DNA of 63,985 nt, filler included, from Reticulomyxa filosa (GCA_000512085.1; 19 parts of 19 records of this genome joined end to end with filler, not necessarily neighbours in it), one strand, 5' to 3'; positions 38,101-51,708 are shown, counted from the whole stretch's first letter. Made by a program: numbers and translations. Notes: generated by a model from the sequence alone, not told the origin.

Positions 38101-40482
38101 TGGAAAGATTTACTGACTTTGGCACCAGGAACCAACAAATCCTTGTAACTGTCTTTTTTTTGGTGTTTCTAGTCTCCTCCTACTCTTAATGAATCAAAAT
38201 GCTATTTTGTGTATGTGCAAAAGCCAATTGGAGGTTTGCGAAAAACCTTTGATCTCATCTTCGTGGATCACTCAACAAATCAGTCCACATATTATCGAAA
38301 AAGGTATTTGTTTTTGAAATGGGATTCATGTGTTTTTTCGGAAATGGTTGTTTTGAACCACAGATCACAAAGAGGTATTCGCACTGATGCACTTTATGAA
38401 TCCCAGCGAAGACTATGACATGAATGGATTGTCAAATGGTCTTGGCTTTACAACCCACGGCAATCTAAGTATGGAATTATGGGACAGAGTGGAAAATGCT
38501 CCGATGCAAATACCACCGACAAGTAATGTCGACTCAAGCAATATAAAACACACAAAGGGGAGCGTAATTGGGACATTACATGTCGAAATCGAAATACTCG
38601 ATCGCACGATTTTGCAAAAAGAATTTTACCAAAAATACGTATCGTGTCATTTCGCCCAAGAGAAAAAAAAAATCAAATCAAATCAATCTTCAAAGCAATA
38701 AATTTCGTGCTTCCAAAGTCCACGAAATATTCTTGTGTTTAGGTTTGTGTGTATGGAAACGCAATACAATTTCAACCTTTTACACTGCGTACGTACACGC
38801 ACACACCTTTTGATACTTGCCAAACATAACAATCAATAACAAAAATGAAGGAATTCACCCTAGCGATAAAGAATTCGAATTGCAAGTTTTAGGGAAAACT
38901 ATATCTGAAACAAAGCTTAGTCTGCCATTGAGTAGTGGGGATGAGAAAAAGGGCGACGACAATGACAAAAACCTCAAGACGCAATCACAGACAAGTGAAA
39001 AAGAATCGAATGATTGGAATGACATTTGGGTGGATGTGAAAGTAGTAAGCAAAATATTGAATGAACACAAATGGGAAACAAGTGTGCCATTGACTTATTA
39101 TTTGTACGAATATTTAAAAATCAAACACCAACCCATTAATGCGGGCAGCAAGATAACGGAGATATCATCTTTCAATGATATCTTGGACGCTGGTTGGTGG
39201 GTGAGATTTTTCAAACCCCCTTTCTATGGTCATGACAAAGAAGATTTGTTTGTCGTTGACAGGTTTTTTATATTCATTTGCACTCTTTGGATCACATACA
39301 AGAATTTAACAACATACCAACAAACAAAAAAAGACGAACTGGGTTACGTGTACGAGAGCATGTTCCCGGATATGCCAAAATTACCTCAAAGGTGATGCAT
39401 GATATGTGGTCCGGTAGAACAGATCCAAATCGAGCTCAACAAGAATTGAATCAATTGGCACAGCGCAGAGTTTTGAGATTGGAGTTCTTTTTGCCTTTTT
39501 TGGATCTTGTGATTAAATTGTATGTATGAATTGCTTTGAGCAACAACATAGGCCAGTAAATTGAGTGAAAAAGAAAGCAGTAAACATATTGGCAATTTTG
39601 CACGATTAAACCATGTAAATATGAGTGACTTTGAACTTTCGTCTATTTCAGCGTATAAAACATTGCAGTCGTTTTTCGCTCGAAAAATGGCAACAAAATA
39701 TAAAACGGACGATGAAGATGCTGTTTTATGTCCTGTCAATGGTAGAATTGTCGTTTATGAAACACTCAAAGATTGCCAAGACTTATGGATCCAGGTCTTT
39801 TCCCCAATCTGTCCTTTGTTATCTTACTGACATACTATCATACGTAAACTATAATGGCTTTTTGAAAAAAAAAAAGGACTCCAAGTTTACCTTATCGGCC
39901 TTGGTAGGAGAGGATATACTGTTATCATTGGCTCAACAAATGTCATCAACAACAAGCAATTGGGCCATTTTAGGGGCAAGAATTGCATCCCACGATTATT
40001 TAGGTGTTCACATACCAGCAACAGGACGCATCATTGATATCCAAGAGAAATCAGGAATATTTTTTTGTGTAACACCCATGCCTTTGAACCAAGAGTGGAC
40101 CGTATTGACGGAAATTCCACGGACAACTATTGTCATGCAAACTGAAGTTGGCATTGTTATTTTGATTCTACTTACTTCTTTGGAGGCTTATCGCTGTCAA
40201 CTATTTTGCAAAAGTGGAGACTTTGTTAATCAAGGAGATTTGATTGCTTTTTATGAGTTATTGGTATTTTTTAAATTTCTAACAACATCTTACTTATGTT
40301 TTTGATAAATACATTTATTCAATTATAGATGTGGTGGATCACTGGTCCTAACTTTATTCGAAAATGATAGGGTAGATATTGACAAAGATATCTTGAGTAC
40401 TAGTATGTCTTGGAACAGATGTGAAACTTGGGTCGAATGTAATGAGGCCATTGGCCATAGAAGAATCCAAAGTTTCTTTTAA
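35127..40482 (+). CDS. Multi-exon fusion protein: atypical Ras/Rho-like GTPase, PH domain, C2 domain(s), PSD2-type phosphatidylserine-decarboxylase-like domain
   Basis: KIALLGESVGKS..LEILDTQG (35127-35320); GYLWKVGKIFHTWKLRYFIL..ERNNWVQSI (36550-36855); VYQACNI..PNVYVKV..RTDIVYQTNQPIFN (37080-37380); YKTLQSFFARKM, CPVNGRI, RIASHDYLGVHIP, GDFVNQGD and CGGSLVLTLFE (39560-40482). Same-strand exons with short introns and no obvious gene break. Confidence 0.75.
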
Positions 40483-42099
40483 CAATAAAATTTGCTTTTA
40501 AATCGATTCTTTCATATTGTACTTGTGTGGGATTATTTTCAATGAGTTCCAGAAAATAGTTAGTTTGCTTTTTTTTTTTGTTTTTTGTTTATCCCTCCAG
40601 CAAAAGGTGTCAATCATAATTTCTGCAGATATTAATTAAATAAATCATAACAAGCCAACTCAAGTTTTGTTACTTATTATTTTTGAGTGAGCCCATCATC
40701 AGGCGCACTTATTGTTTTTGCTTTTGGAGAAGCTAGTGTTAATTGCGGATAAGATAAGACTCTTTTGACTTGTACCGTGTCACTTGTTAGAGAAAAACAT
40801 GACACTTTCCAGACATGAATCCAATCAGCGTAGGAAGGTCCTTTAGGTGTAAGGGAAAAGAATACAATAGTTTTGAGTAATTATGGCGCATAAGCAAGGC
40901 ATCAAGTGAAATAGTCAAGTACTTTAGTTCTGTAACAGATTTAATAGTGAGCGTTGGTATGCCTATATAACGAATTTATTCTTATTTCTTCAATCACCCA
41001 ACATGTAACTATTCAATTAATTTGATTCTAATCGCATTAAAAATTAAACTAACTCAAATTTGGCACATTGCAAGAACAGAATGCAAATTAATACATATTT
41101 GTTTGACAAAGTATCTGATTACCATTAACATGATGTACTAATGGTTTGTTAATGCAATCATGCAAGACGTGTCAATCATTATTGTGCATAAAACAATAAT
41201 TTTTTTGACACATTTGATACTTTGAGTATCAGATCAATTATTTTTTTCAAAGTGATATTTTACTAATTTTTGTCATATTGAGTTACACACTGAAGACAAT
41301 ATATATTTAATAGAAATCAAATGGAATGTTAGATGTTAGTAATACAAATAAAGAACGTGGATACTTAGAGTTGAGAAAATAATTGTCACTACAAGTGTAA
41401 ATTTCGAAGAAGTCAGAATAGTTATACTGTCAACATTATGTGTATATAAATCGAGATTGAAGGATATCAAATATAATTATTTTGATTATTTGACATTGAA
41501 CCAATAATAAAAATGAATAAAATTTACAAACAAAGTTACAATAAAAAATACTAGCTTATAGTAATAAAATAATTAATTGTATGAACGTATAAAATGAACT
41601 AATTTATAGCTCAAATAATCAAATATGAATAAGATATTCATTATTACAATATTTCAAGTTGTATTACATAAATCAAGTATGCAACACGAAGAAATAAAAT
41701 TGAAGAAGTCACTATTTGAAAATTGTGTCAAGTTCGACGACAGTACAAATACGCAAACGATCGTCGTAACTACAATTAAACTAAAAGAACTTACTTAAAT
41801 CAGCAACGTCAGTGACTTAGGAATGAGATGACTAGAAAAATATTTTCATAAGATATTGCTACTAAGCAAAAGAAAAAATGTGAAGAAGCAATAACTAATA
41901 CTGCAGTGAATAGATATGATGGCGAAATCGAGTAGACATATCAAATATACACAGATTCAGGTCTTTCTGGTAAAAGATCATCGTTATAAGAAATATAAAT
42001 CAAAAAAGAAACACAAAAACAAAAGAAAGATACAAAATATTACAATGACCAAAAGATATATGCAAAAAATAATCAAAAGAAAAACAAAAAGCTATTTCA

Positions 42100-42450
42100 A
42101 TTTAAATTGAGATTTGCTTTGAAAAATTTGAAAATTGTTCAAATTTTCATATTGATATCGATATCTGGATGTCCACAAATTGCGACGTATTTCTTGATAA
42201 AGCAAATATTCAATTAGGAAATGGTTGACAGTATTTTCTTTATACCAAATACAATCAGGAGAATCTGGTCTATCCAGAAGAAAAAGTTGTGAAATAATGT
42301 TGACTGTGTTATAGCAGTCTGGTTCATTACAGCAAGAATTCGGCACATTGCAATCATTTGTATTCTTTACAATAATTTTTTATGAATGCACTCTGCATAT
42401 CCAAGATTTGGACAATAGACTTGCAGCTTTTCCATATACGTGTAATTGGC
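42100..42450 (-). mobile_element. Non-LTR retrotransposon relic (post-RT and C-terminal Cys/His region)
   Basis: Similar to 50440-50560 (gtctggttcattaca..aagaattcg.cacattgcaa). PDCIWYKENTVNHFLIEY resembles the LINE C-terminal C..ET..H.L..C motif. Confidence 0.6.
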
Positions 42451-43379
42451 AGCTTTCTTATACAACATCAAACTCCTTTGATGTCATTCTTTGTTTCCCG
42501 AACTGGAACAATAACAGTTCATGATTATATATTTATTTTTTTCTTTTCTTAATTTGTCAATATAGTTTCGTCAATAAATTTTTATTCATATTCGACAGTA
42601 ATTGTTTATCGTTGAATGAATCGCAAAGTTTCTTGTTTACATTCACAGCAAAATGAACAAATATTGTTTTGAAATTGCCAGAGAATGTGTGAGCAATAAC
42701 ATTTCTTGACAATCGATTCATGTCCTTCAAGCCAAGTAACTTAAGCACAGATGTTGCTGACTTAAGCTATCTGAATTGGAAATGAAGCGCATATGAAATT
42801 ATGTCTATTTATCGACGTAAATTTCCACACGTTATCAAAATCGATTTCTTCATCTTTCTTTTTCTCATCCACTTCAGGTTGCATTTCCGAAATTTGTTCA
42901 TTTATCCTTCTTTTCTTTGTATTAATATCGGGGATGCTTGAGTATAGTAGCTATCGATTAAATCTGTAAAGAGAATATATGAAACACCTTAACAACATCT
43001 TATTGATGGTGACTATACCTTTATTTAGTCGGCAAGACTTGCTAAACGGCTTTCTTGTTATCACCATACACAAATAAATTGCAACCAATAAATTGCCAAA
43101 AAAACCAAAGACACACAAATTTTACAATGTTCAAAATGATGAAAAAAAATAATTTTATACTACTATAAATGATCTTCAAGTAGTAGAAAAGTTTCTTTCT
43201 TGGCTTCTTTTTTATTGCTATCTTTACTTTTGCAAAATTTCTTGACGATACTCGTTTCGAAATATATAATTGTGCTTTTCCAAAATACTTTCAAAAATAC
43301 TTAAATATTGAAGTATCTTGCAACTTCAAACGCTTTCGCCTTCAAGATAAACTTTTTTGACAAAAGTTAATATAGATGA

Positions 43380-44000
43380 ACTGAATTTTTTTTCTTGGAA
43401 AGGAATTTACAATTGTAGAACAAGATGATCAACAATTATTAGACTTTGCTTTGCTGATTTAACCACACCATTAGTTCAAGATTCCACAGCAAAGTATTGG
43501 AACAAGGACTATTTGGAAAGGAAATAAACACTAATTCACTTCACAGAAAAAAAACAAGTTCACAATTTAAATCAATGAACTCGAACAAGATATCAGTAAT
43601 TCCTGCATTGGTGGAACCAACAACGGGACATATTGCGAAGACAGAGCAAGAAAAAGCAGAATGTTAGTAATTATGGGATGAACACTATCAGGTGGAAATC
43701 ACTGAAGAATAAATAATTGATACATTGATATATTTCATCCTACAAAGCACAATGGCTAGACAATATCCACTATCAAGTGATTAAAAATGGTGGACAAGCA
43801 TTAATTGATTCATTGGTTGTTTTATTTAATTGAAGTTTCAAGATTGTGGAAACGAGCAAATATTGTTCCGATACCAGTGAATCAAGAATTACAGGCAGAT
43901 CCAGTTCAATGTGGGATGTTTGCGGATGATGTTTACACCAACGATGAAAACGAAATGGAACGACAATTGGAATTGATGCAAACAAGTTTGGATAAGCAAC
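43380..44000 (+). mobile_element. Non-LTR retrotransposon relic (tether/RT fragments), heavily deleted
   Basis: ISVIPALVEP..AKTEQEKAE, DNIHYQVIKNGG, WKRANIVPIP and QCGMFADDV; homologous to the 50250-51400 copy. Confidence 0.7.
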
Positions 44001-45199
44001 AAATTAACTATATTTATGAAAGATCCGATAAACTTTTTGTTGACTTTTATTTTGTTTTGAGTTGTGGCAGGTGGAAATTAAAATTGTGGATTTTGTCTCT
44101 TGTAAATTGAATGACTTACTCTTCTTGAATCTGACATCACCATCTGTTGCTGTCTCGAAAAGTCTGAGCGATGTGGATTCCCTCTGAGCTCCACAGAGGT
44201 GAGACAAAGGCCATCAACCGAGTGATGATCACAAGAATATATTAAAATCTTTTTACAGTGAGATAGAGTGATATAATTTTGATCTTCATTCAAACAATTT
44301 TTAAATTAAAACTATAGCTCGTTTCGTCCAAGAAATTTTTCGGGCTTGTAACATATTTTTTTGAAGTTCAGGGAAATATTGAGATTCAATTCACCTCTTT
44401 TAACAAATTAAAGCAAACTAAAACAAAAAATACAATTTAAACACTTATTAAAGAAAATCATGTGAATGTTGTTGTTGTTACCATTTCGGCTTATTTAATA
44501 GAAAAGTTGCTAAATTTTGTTCAACATTCTTTCTTATTAATATTATTTTGTTTCGACTGTTCATTTTGGGTGTTTCGTTTGTTATCTTGTATATTTGATC
44601 TCGCGCAAAATCGCAATATCAGATATTTGAAAGTTTTCAACTAGTAAAAAAGATTTTTTATCAAGAGTTCTCTTTTAGTAGCTTGAAAGTATTTTCTTTG
44701 TTTCTGTTTTCGCTACAATTTTGTTGAAGACGAAAATCGTTGTTAATAATCGAAGATTAACTTCGAACTTCTTTCAGATACTTCTAGCTGATAACAAGGC
44801 TTGTGAAGGCGATTCGGACGGCTATAATCGGCTCTACTGCAAGTCATGCTGGCCTACATTGGCTCAAGAATCCAATTTAATGTCAAACAATCAGACATGT
44901 TAACTGCGCTTTCGAACATGTATGCCAATAGTGAAATAAATGCCAGCATGGTGGCATTAGAAATGGATATGGAGTTGGAAATGGAATTGGATATGGCATT
45001 GATATACTTGATTAAAGAAATTACCAACGGCAACCCAAAAAAGGTCAATTAACGATATAACGTCGACACAAATGGCACAAGGCGAACAGCCACAAAACGA
45101 AAGACAAGTCAAGACAAAAATTGTATTTTAAGCAATGCAGGAAATGATACAGATTGAATCATATTGATCATGCAATTTAAGGCATCGGACACCAATAAG

Positions 45200-45530
45200 A
45201 TGTATTATTGCAGCATTGGTGAGCAAGTTATTGAGGCTATGAGACATTTATCGACGTATAAAGCTCAAGGTCCAGATAAAATCCACAACCAAATGCTCAA
45301 GAATGGTGGCAATGCAATGATTGAATCATTGGTTTCCTATTTGGATGGAAGAAGGCAAACATTATGCATAGCCAGTGCAAGAACCATAAGCTGATTGCAT
45401 TGTTATCAAGTGTTGGTAACGGAGATTATAGGGACAAACAATTATTGAGATTGACTGAAACGATCCACAGTGACTTAGTGTTATTGGATATATCTGCAAT
45501 TTGGATTATATTGATGGATTGATAGCTTTA
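45200..45530 (+). mobile_element. Non-LTR retrotransposon RT N-terminal fragment
   Basis: KAQGPDKIHNQMLKNGG followed by frameshifted RTISxIALLSSVG, RLTETIH and LLDIS pieces, matching the LINE RT motifs KAPGPD, RPISLLS and LDI. Confidence 0.7.
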
Positions 45531-46229
45531 TCAAATCGAAAAAAAAATTAATTAATATTTACCACTTCATATTTTGAAAGAAATTGTCAAGATACTTCGA
45601 TATCTATTAAGTTTTGAAATTCAAGTAAAGGATTTCTAGCGTAGTCTAGTCCAAGAAAATTCCGCAAAATTTCGAATTAAGAAAGAAAATTTTTAACTTA
45701 TACTGAACCTTGGGCAAAACCGAAACCTGATAACAAGGCTTGTGACGGCCAAGGCAAGATTTCTTTACCATAATCGACTCTACTGCAAGCCATGTTGGGA
45801 CAAAATACTCCACTTGGAATTAGCCAACCAAGCAAAATAAAAAGTAGAAAAGCTTCCAACATTGGTATTCATATTTGCAGATCCATCGAACATTGTCGTA
45901 AATCAAAAAATTCCAATCAAATTGTCACGAGACCTTCGAAAAAATATTGGTATGGATGATATTAATGTAGCAGTATCAGGCAAACACATCATTTGTCATG
46001 TGTCAGATAGCGATTTTAAGACGAAAGAAGTTGTTGTGAAAGTAATTTGTCCTGCTGATATTCAATCAGTTTATCGTTCGAAGAAATTGCAAACAGTCAT
46101 TCATATACATNNNNNNNNNNNNNNNNNNNNNNNNNNNNNNNNNNNNNNNNNNNNTTAATTAATTAANNNNNNNNNNNNNNNNNNNNNNNNNNNNNNNNNN
46201 NNNNNNNNNNGTTGTTGTTGTTGGAACAG

Positions 46230-46758
46230 ATGGGGTAACCATTCCAGCACAATGTTCCCCGATATCACCAATGCACTGATCCGCGGACAACCGGCACTTC
46301 AAGCTTTGAAGGACGCCAATCCGGGAGAAAATATTGAAGAGTGGTATCGCAAACAGTACATCCCCAAAGTCCAACAGCGCGGAGCCGCCATTTTGGAGGC
46401 TCGTGGTGCTTCCAGCGCTGCCTCCGCTGCCAATGCTTGCTTGCAACACGCCAGAAACTGGGAATTGGGCTCTCAATCCAAATGGGTCTCCATGGCCATT
46501 CCTAGTGAAGGCCAATATGGTATTGCTTTTGTATATCCCTTTTAAATGTATGACACATATACTTATACATATATTTATATGTATGTAGGTGTAACATCCG
46601 GACTTATATTCAGTTATCCGGTGACATGTGACAAAGAAGGCTTTTCTATTATTTCAAACTTGCCGGAATTAAATGACTTCCAAGTTGAACAAATCCGTGC
46701 CACTGAAAAAGAACTTTTGCAAGAGAGAGACACTGTTTCTGACCTATTACCTAATTAA
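46230..46758 (+). CDS. MDH1: Cytosolic-type malate dehydrogenase, last two exons
   Basis: [45 protein letters not shown] | intron ~46520-46588 | LIFSYPVTC. Confidence 0.95.
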
Positions 46759-47619
46759 ACATAACAAACACAAAAAAAAGGGTTTAAAAATAAAACTCTT
46801 ATATTTGAAAAAGGCATTTGTGTCTACTAATCGTTGTTTGACGTTAAATTTTTGCCTTGTCGAATAAGGGGTAGTTTGTCATATTCTTGCAGACATACAA
46901 AAAGAAGCAACTTCACATATCTTTGATATTCTCTCATCTTTGTTCAACATTTCGATGGATTCTACCTGTTTAAATACTGGCATTGATAAACTTTTTTTTC
47001 CCTCAACGTCCTCGCCGAAGAAAGGTGCTTTCAGCAAGTGTAAAAAAATTATCATCAACCATTTTGAACATAAAATAATGGGAAATGCAATGTGTTTACA
47101 GTCGTCTGCTTGTGTCGAGTACTTGCTCTCTTGTCTCTGTGTGTTTTGGAGTATACAACATGCGTTTGTATTGTAACGGACAACAAGCACGTCAGTGTTG
47201 AAACAAACAAAAAAAAAAGAGCAGGACGATCTCTAGGGATATGTGATCTGTACACAGAGCATGGCGATTTGATAACAAGCTGTTGTGCAGAGGACAAGAT
47301 ATTTTTTATCAAACAATGCTATGCGCAGTCATGTGATCCCCCGTTGCATTTTCGAGGCATTCAGTTTCAATGCTATCCCATTGCAAATACATCACAAGCG
47401 CACTATCCGCGCAAGCCCATTTTCGACCTGTCTTCATTCCCCATAAATGAAGACCGCGCGACAGACGATGACCCAAACACTAATGCAAATTATCCCGATC
47501 CAACATTAGTTCCTGTTNNNNNNNNNNNNNNNNNNNNNNNNNNNNNNNNNNNNNNNNNNNNTTAATTAATTAANNNNNNNNNNNNNNNNNNNNNNNNNNN
47601 NNNNNNNNNNNNNNNNNTA

Positions 47620-47650
<31 letters not shown>

Positions 47651-47715
47651 ATACATATATATTTGTGTTTGTGAAATGATCCCTGCATTTATCGCGTGAA
47701 TGTATTTGAGAGAAT

Positions 47716-48640
47716 AGAACACATTATCCGCGTGGACATTGGGCAAAGTCAAGAAAGATGCAAACGAAACGCCGATGGAAAAGGAGAAAACGCCAGAGCC
47801 GTTGGCCATATCCGCAAAGTATGCTAATAATGGAAACGTGGAAGATGTAAGCTGCATCATTTTTTTGTAAGATCTTTTTGGATCACAGTGTAGGATGTTT
47901 TGTGTGTTTTTTATTGCAAATGAGTATAATATGGAGGCGTATGGGGATGGGGATGGGGATGGAGATAAGGATAAGATAAGGATGAGAGAGAGGGAGAGGG
48001 AGAGAAGATGATAATAACAAAATATAAAGTAAAAAACATATATCCAACATTCGCTCCAATTTATTATTATTTTTTTTAAAAAAAAAAAGGGGGAGGAGAG
48101 GGAGAAACAAAAATGAACAAACTATAACAAACTATAACAAACATAATATAAACAAACGAAAAAGATGGATGTGGAAGAAAACGAGGATGACTCTTCGTAC
48201 GAATTAGAACAACCAGACATGGGCTCCTTTTTGACTGATGTTCAGCAGACAAAAGCAACAACGGGAAGGACGAGTGAAAAAGAAGACCAAAAGAGTCGTG
48301 ATGACGCCACACCATCGAAAACACAAACAAACAAGGGCAACCCCTCTGCGTCTTCTTCCTTGAAAGAAGAGATGATGATACAGCCACCGGCGCCGATTAA
48401 ACGCAATCAGAGCGATGGGAACAACAACCCTCGTCTCTCCCTGAAAAAACGTCAGAGTTGGGACAAGGAATTTGTAGCAGAATCTTCCAAGCCCATTGCC
48501 ACTAGCAATCTTGGCAAAGTCAATATTGCAGAGAAAAACACATCCATCGCGATGGCCTCATTGACGGCTGCGCGCGGCACCAACAAAGCTCAGCGACTTG
48601 ACTCTGAAAATTTTTCCATTCAGTATGAATCAATGTTCAT
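47716..48640 (+). CDS. Internal exons of an uncharacterised low-complexity protein
   Basis: Exon NTLSAWTLGK...NVED ends at a GTAAGC donor (~47848); acceptor AAAAG precedes 48165; the charged ORF continues to the contig end. Confidence 0.5.
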
Positions 48641-48778
48641 TGGAAGAAGAAGAAAAAGGAGGGAGGAGGAGGAGGAGTNNNNNNNNNNNNNNNNNNNNNN
48701 NNNNNNNNNNNNNNNNNNNNNNTTAATTAATTAANNNNNNNNNNNNNNNNNNNNNNNNNNNNNNNNNNNNNNNNNNNN

Positions 48779-49502
48779 TTGGAGGTGCAGGACTTGTAAT
48801 TCAAGATCCAAGTATGCCAAAACGGCTGGAATTGGAATATTCGATCAATGGTGGATCTGAGATTGAAGCAATGAGACTTGCATTGAAGTATGTCGGTGAT
48901 CATTACAGATTCCATTGTGGAAGAGTGATCGTGATTACAAAACATTGAAGACACTTATTGTAGTGTGTATTTAGTACTATACTTTTTTTTTTACCTGCAC
49001 AAACTTAGGTCTTTTTAGTTAAAAGAGTACCTCGTTTTAAGAAATAGAACACAGTACTCAGAGAAAACAAAAAATAAATGAAAGAACCTCACAAACTCTT
49101 ACAACAGCCAAATTCATGATTATCCAGGAATGCAGCTGATCTGTGTTGTGAGATCAAATCTCGTTGCAATTCCTGCGAGCATTATTTGCAACAAGATCCA
49201 CTTTATCATTATCAGGAATCCCAGAATGACCTTTAATCCAATAGATCCTGGTACGTTATTCTCATTAAATGATTTCAATATCTTCTGACAATCCATAATT
49301 GACAATTTATAGATGTCAGAGTCCCATTTGTTGAATATTGCATTAATCACGATCACTCTTCCACAATGGAATCTGTAATGATCACCGACATACTTCAATG
49401 CAAGTCTCATTGCTTCAATCTCAGATCCACCATTGATCGAATATTCCAATTCCAGCCGTTTTGGCATACTTGGATCTTGAATTACAAGTCCTGCACCTCC
49501 AA
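48779..49502. repeat. 159-bp inverted duplication of a LINE RNase H fragment (48779-48937 vs 49344-49502)
   Basis: The two segments read as exact reverse complements by eye; the left arm runs into the contig end. Confidence 0.92.
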
Positions 49503-49570
49503 TACTAGGTGATATGTGCTTCCATCACAAAATATCACAATACAATCATCATCCAACGATACCAGAATCT
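49120..49570 (-). mobile_element. Non-LTR retrotransposon RNase H-like fragment
   Basis: FCDGSTY..IGGAGLVI, GSEIEAMRLAL and (shifted frame) IKGHSGIPDNDKVDLVA match the RNase H motifs DGS, E..A and GH.GI..N..AD. Confidence 0.75.
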
Positions 49571-50249
49571 AAAAAAAAAAATAATCCTTCATCATCGAGA
49601 TAAACTTTTGAAAAAAAGTTATATTTTGAAGGAAAACACAGAACAATAGATCTGCAACATCTAGTAGTATCTGAAAGAAGTTCGAAGTTAATCTTCGATA
49701 TTAACAACGTCAACAAGATTGTGGCGAAAACAGAAACAAAGACAAAGAAGTAAAATTTTTTTTTATCGTGACAAAAATGTTTTTTTAATAATAAGTGTCT
49801 AAATTTTATTTTTTGTTTTAGTTTGCTTTGATTTGTTAAAAGAAGTGAATTGAATCTCAATATTTCAATGAGACTTCAACAATTCGAAAACAAGTCTCAG
49901 AGGATTCGGTTGAGCATTAACATTGCTCATGTAATTCCCCCTGACCATTCCACAGGGACGAGCCAAATTTATTTTCACAACTGTTGATTAATCTCACCGT
50001 ATAACCTTTGAGATTTATTTGGTTTTTTGATATTTTAAGATCAATTAAACTTAAAATTTTTTTTTTTTACTTGTTGTTGATTGTGTGAGTGTTGATATGT
50101 TTTGTTGATCTTTTCCTTTTTTTGTTTGTTTTTATTAGAGTACTGTGTTCCTTTTGGGACGAGGTAGGTGCTCATTTTAACTTGTATAAGATATCACTCT
50201 TGCTAAAAAAAAATGCAAAAGGTGATTTGTTCGATTGTGGCATCATTGC

Positions 50250-51400
50250 AATTTGTATTGGTTCAACTATTAGCACTCCAGCCTCAGCTGCATGGATACA
50301 TCCAGGGATAATGTCGATAGTTTGCCAATCCATGAGATATAATTTAGATTTGTCTTTGGTCTTGATTCATTCCAAATCTTGTATGCCAATACAAGATTAT
50401 GACCATTGAATCGACCTCGTCGCCATTCAAGAGGAGTAAGTTGTGATATAACATTGACTGCGTCATAAGCAGTCTGGTTCATTACACCAAGAATTCGACA
50501 CATTGCAACTCTTTGTATTCGTTCCAATTTTTTCTTATGAATATCTGCTGCACCATTCCAATGCAGATGCATACTCAACACTCGGACTGATTGTCTTGTA
50601 TAGTAGATTATATGTGGATAAACTTGGCCTGACACTTTTATATGAACATAGGTATAGACATAATTGACATGCTTGGAACAAGTCATGTGAGAATCAAGGA
50701 ACAATCCAAGATACTTTCTTCTTGTTCTGTGCAAGCAACATCTTCCATTTATTGGACCAAGTGGAAACTCCATCCAAACTTTGTTGTATCGCTTGTAAAT
50801 ATTAATGTTCGCAATGCCACATCATCTGCAAACATACCACATTGAATAGGTTGTCAAGTCATTCATATATAATAGGAATAATACTGGGGATCCTTGAGGG
50901 ACTCCAATATTGAATTTCATCCGGTCTGAATGAATTCCATTCAATACCACCCTTCCAAGTTGATCCGGTAAGAAGCTATCTGCAAATGTCTTTGTCAAAA
51001 GATAAGCTTTATCAGAACCGGACCTTGCCGCTGAATTTGTTTCTTCATTCACCAATGCTGGAATAATACATATCTTGGTGTTTAATGCCTTGAATTTCAT
51101 GAATAAGTTTCTTGTATTCCCTTCATGTAAGTGATCAATGCTTTTAATCATATGTTGATGCTTTTCTGCTCTCTTATACATCATCAGATTCCTTGGTGTT
51201 CTTTGCTTACGAAATTTGTTCTTTGATTTTTTAACTATCTTTCGTAATCGACTTAGACTTTCACTTCACCATGGTTTATTGCCTTTCCATATCGTCCTGA
51301 TACCAATTGTTGCCTCTCCAGCATCAATAATACATTTGGTCCAAGATTCAACTGCTTTGTGCTATCCAATTCAATTTTTTTTTTTAAAAAAGATGTAATT
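50250..51400 (-). mobile_element. Non-LTR retrotransposon reverse transcriptase relic
   Basis: GVPQGSP-VLFLLYMNDL, CGMFADDVAL, KYLGLFLD..HVNYV and LERIQRVAMCRILG; multiple frameshifts and internal deletions. Confidence 0.88.
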
Positions 51401-51708
51401 TGTTAAATTGACAAAAAAGGCAAAATATTGTAAAACAAGCACCTCACTCAAAGTTGAACACAGTACTAAATGATACAATACGTTACNNNNNNNNNNNNNN
51501 NNNNNNNNNNNNNNNNNNNNNNNNNNNNNNTTAATTAATTAANNNNNNNNNNNNNNNNNNNNNNNNNNNNNNNNNNNNNNNNNNNNAAAAAAAAAAAAAA
51601 AAGAGAAAAAAGTTGTAAATTTCATAATTATGCAACAGATACAAATGAAATAAAAAATCAAAATTAAAACATTTTAATTGTGAGAAAATCAATTATCTTT
51701 GTCAATAC

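Noticed and set aside
40500-42090. Long ORF-poor stretch that might hide an RNA gene
   Set aside because: No tRNA, rRNA or snRNA signature or convincing stem structure was recognised by eye; an Rfam/Infernal scan would be needed.
46879-47517. Overlapping ORFs downstream of MDH, including 47092-47565
   Set aside because: May contain a real exon, but no family could be assigned and the frame choice is ambiguous.
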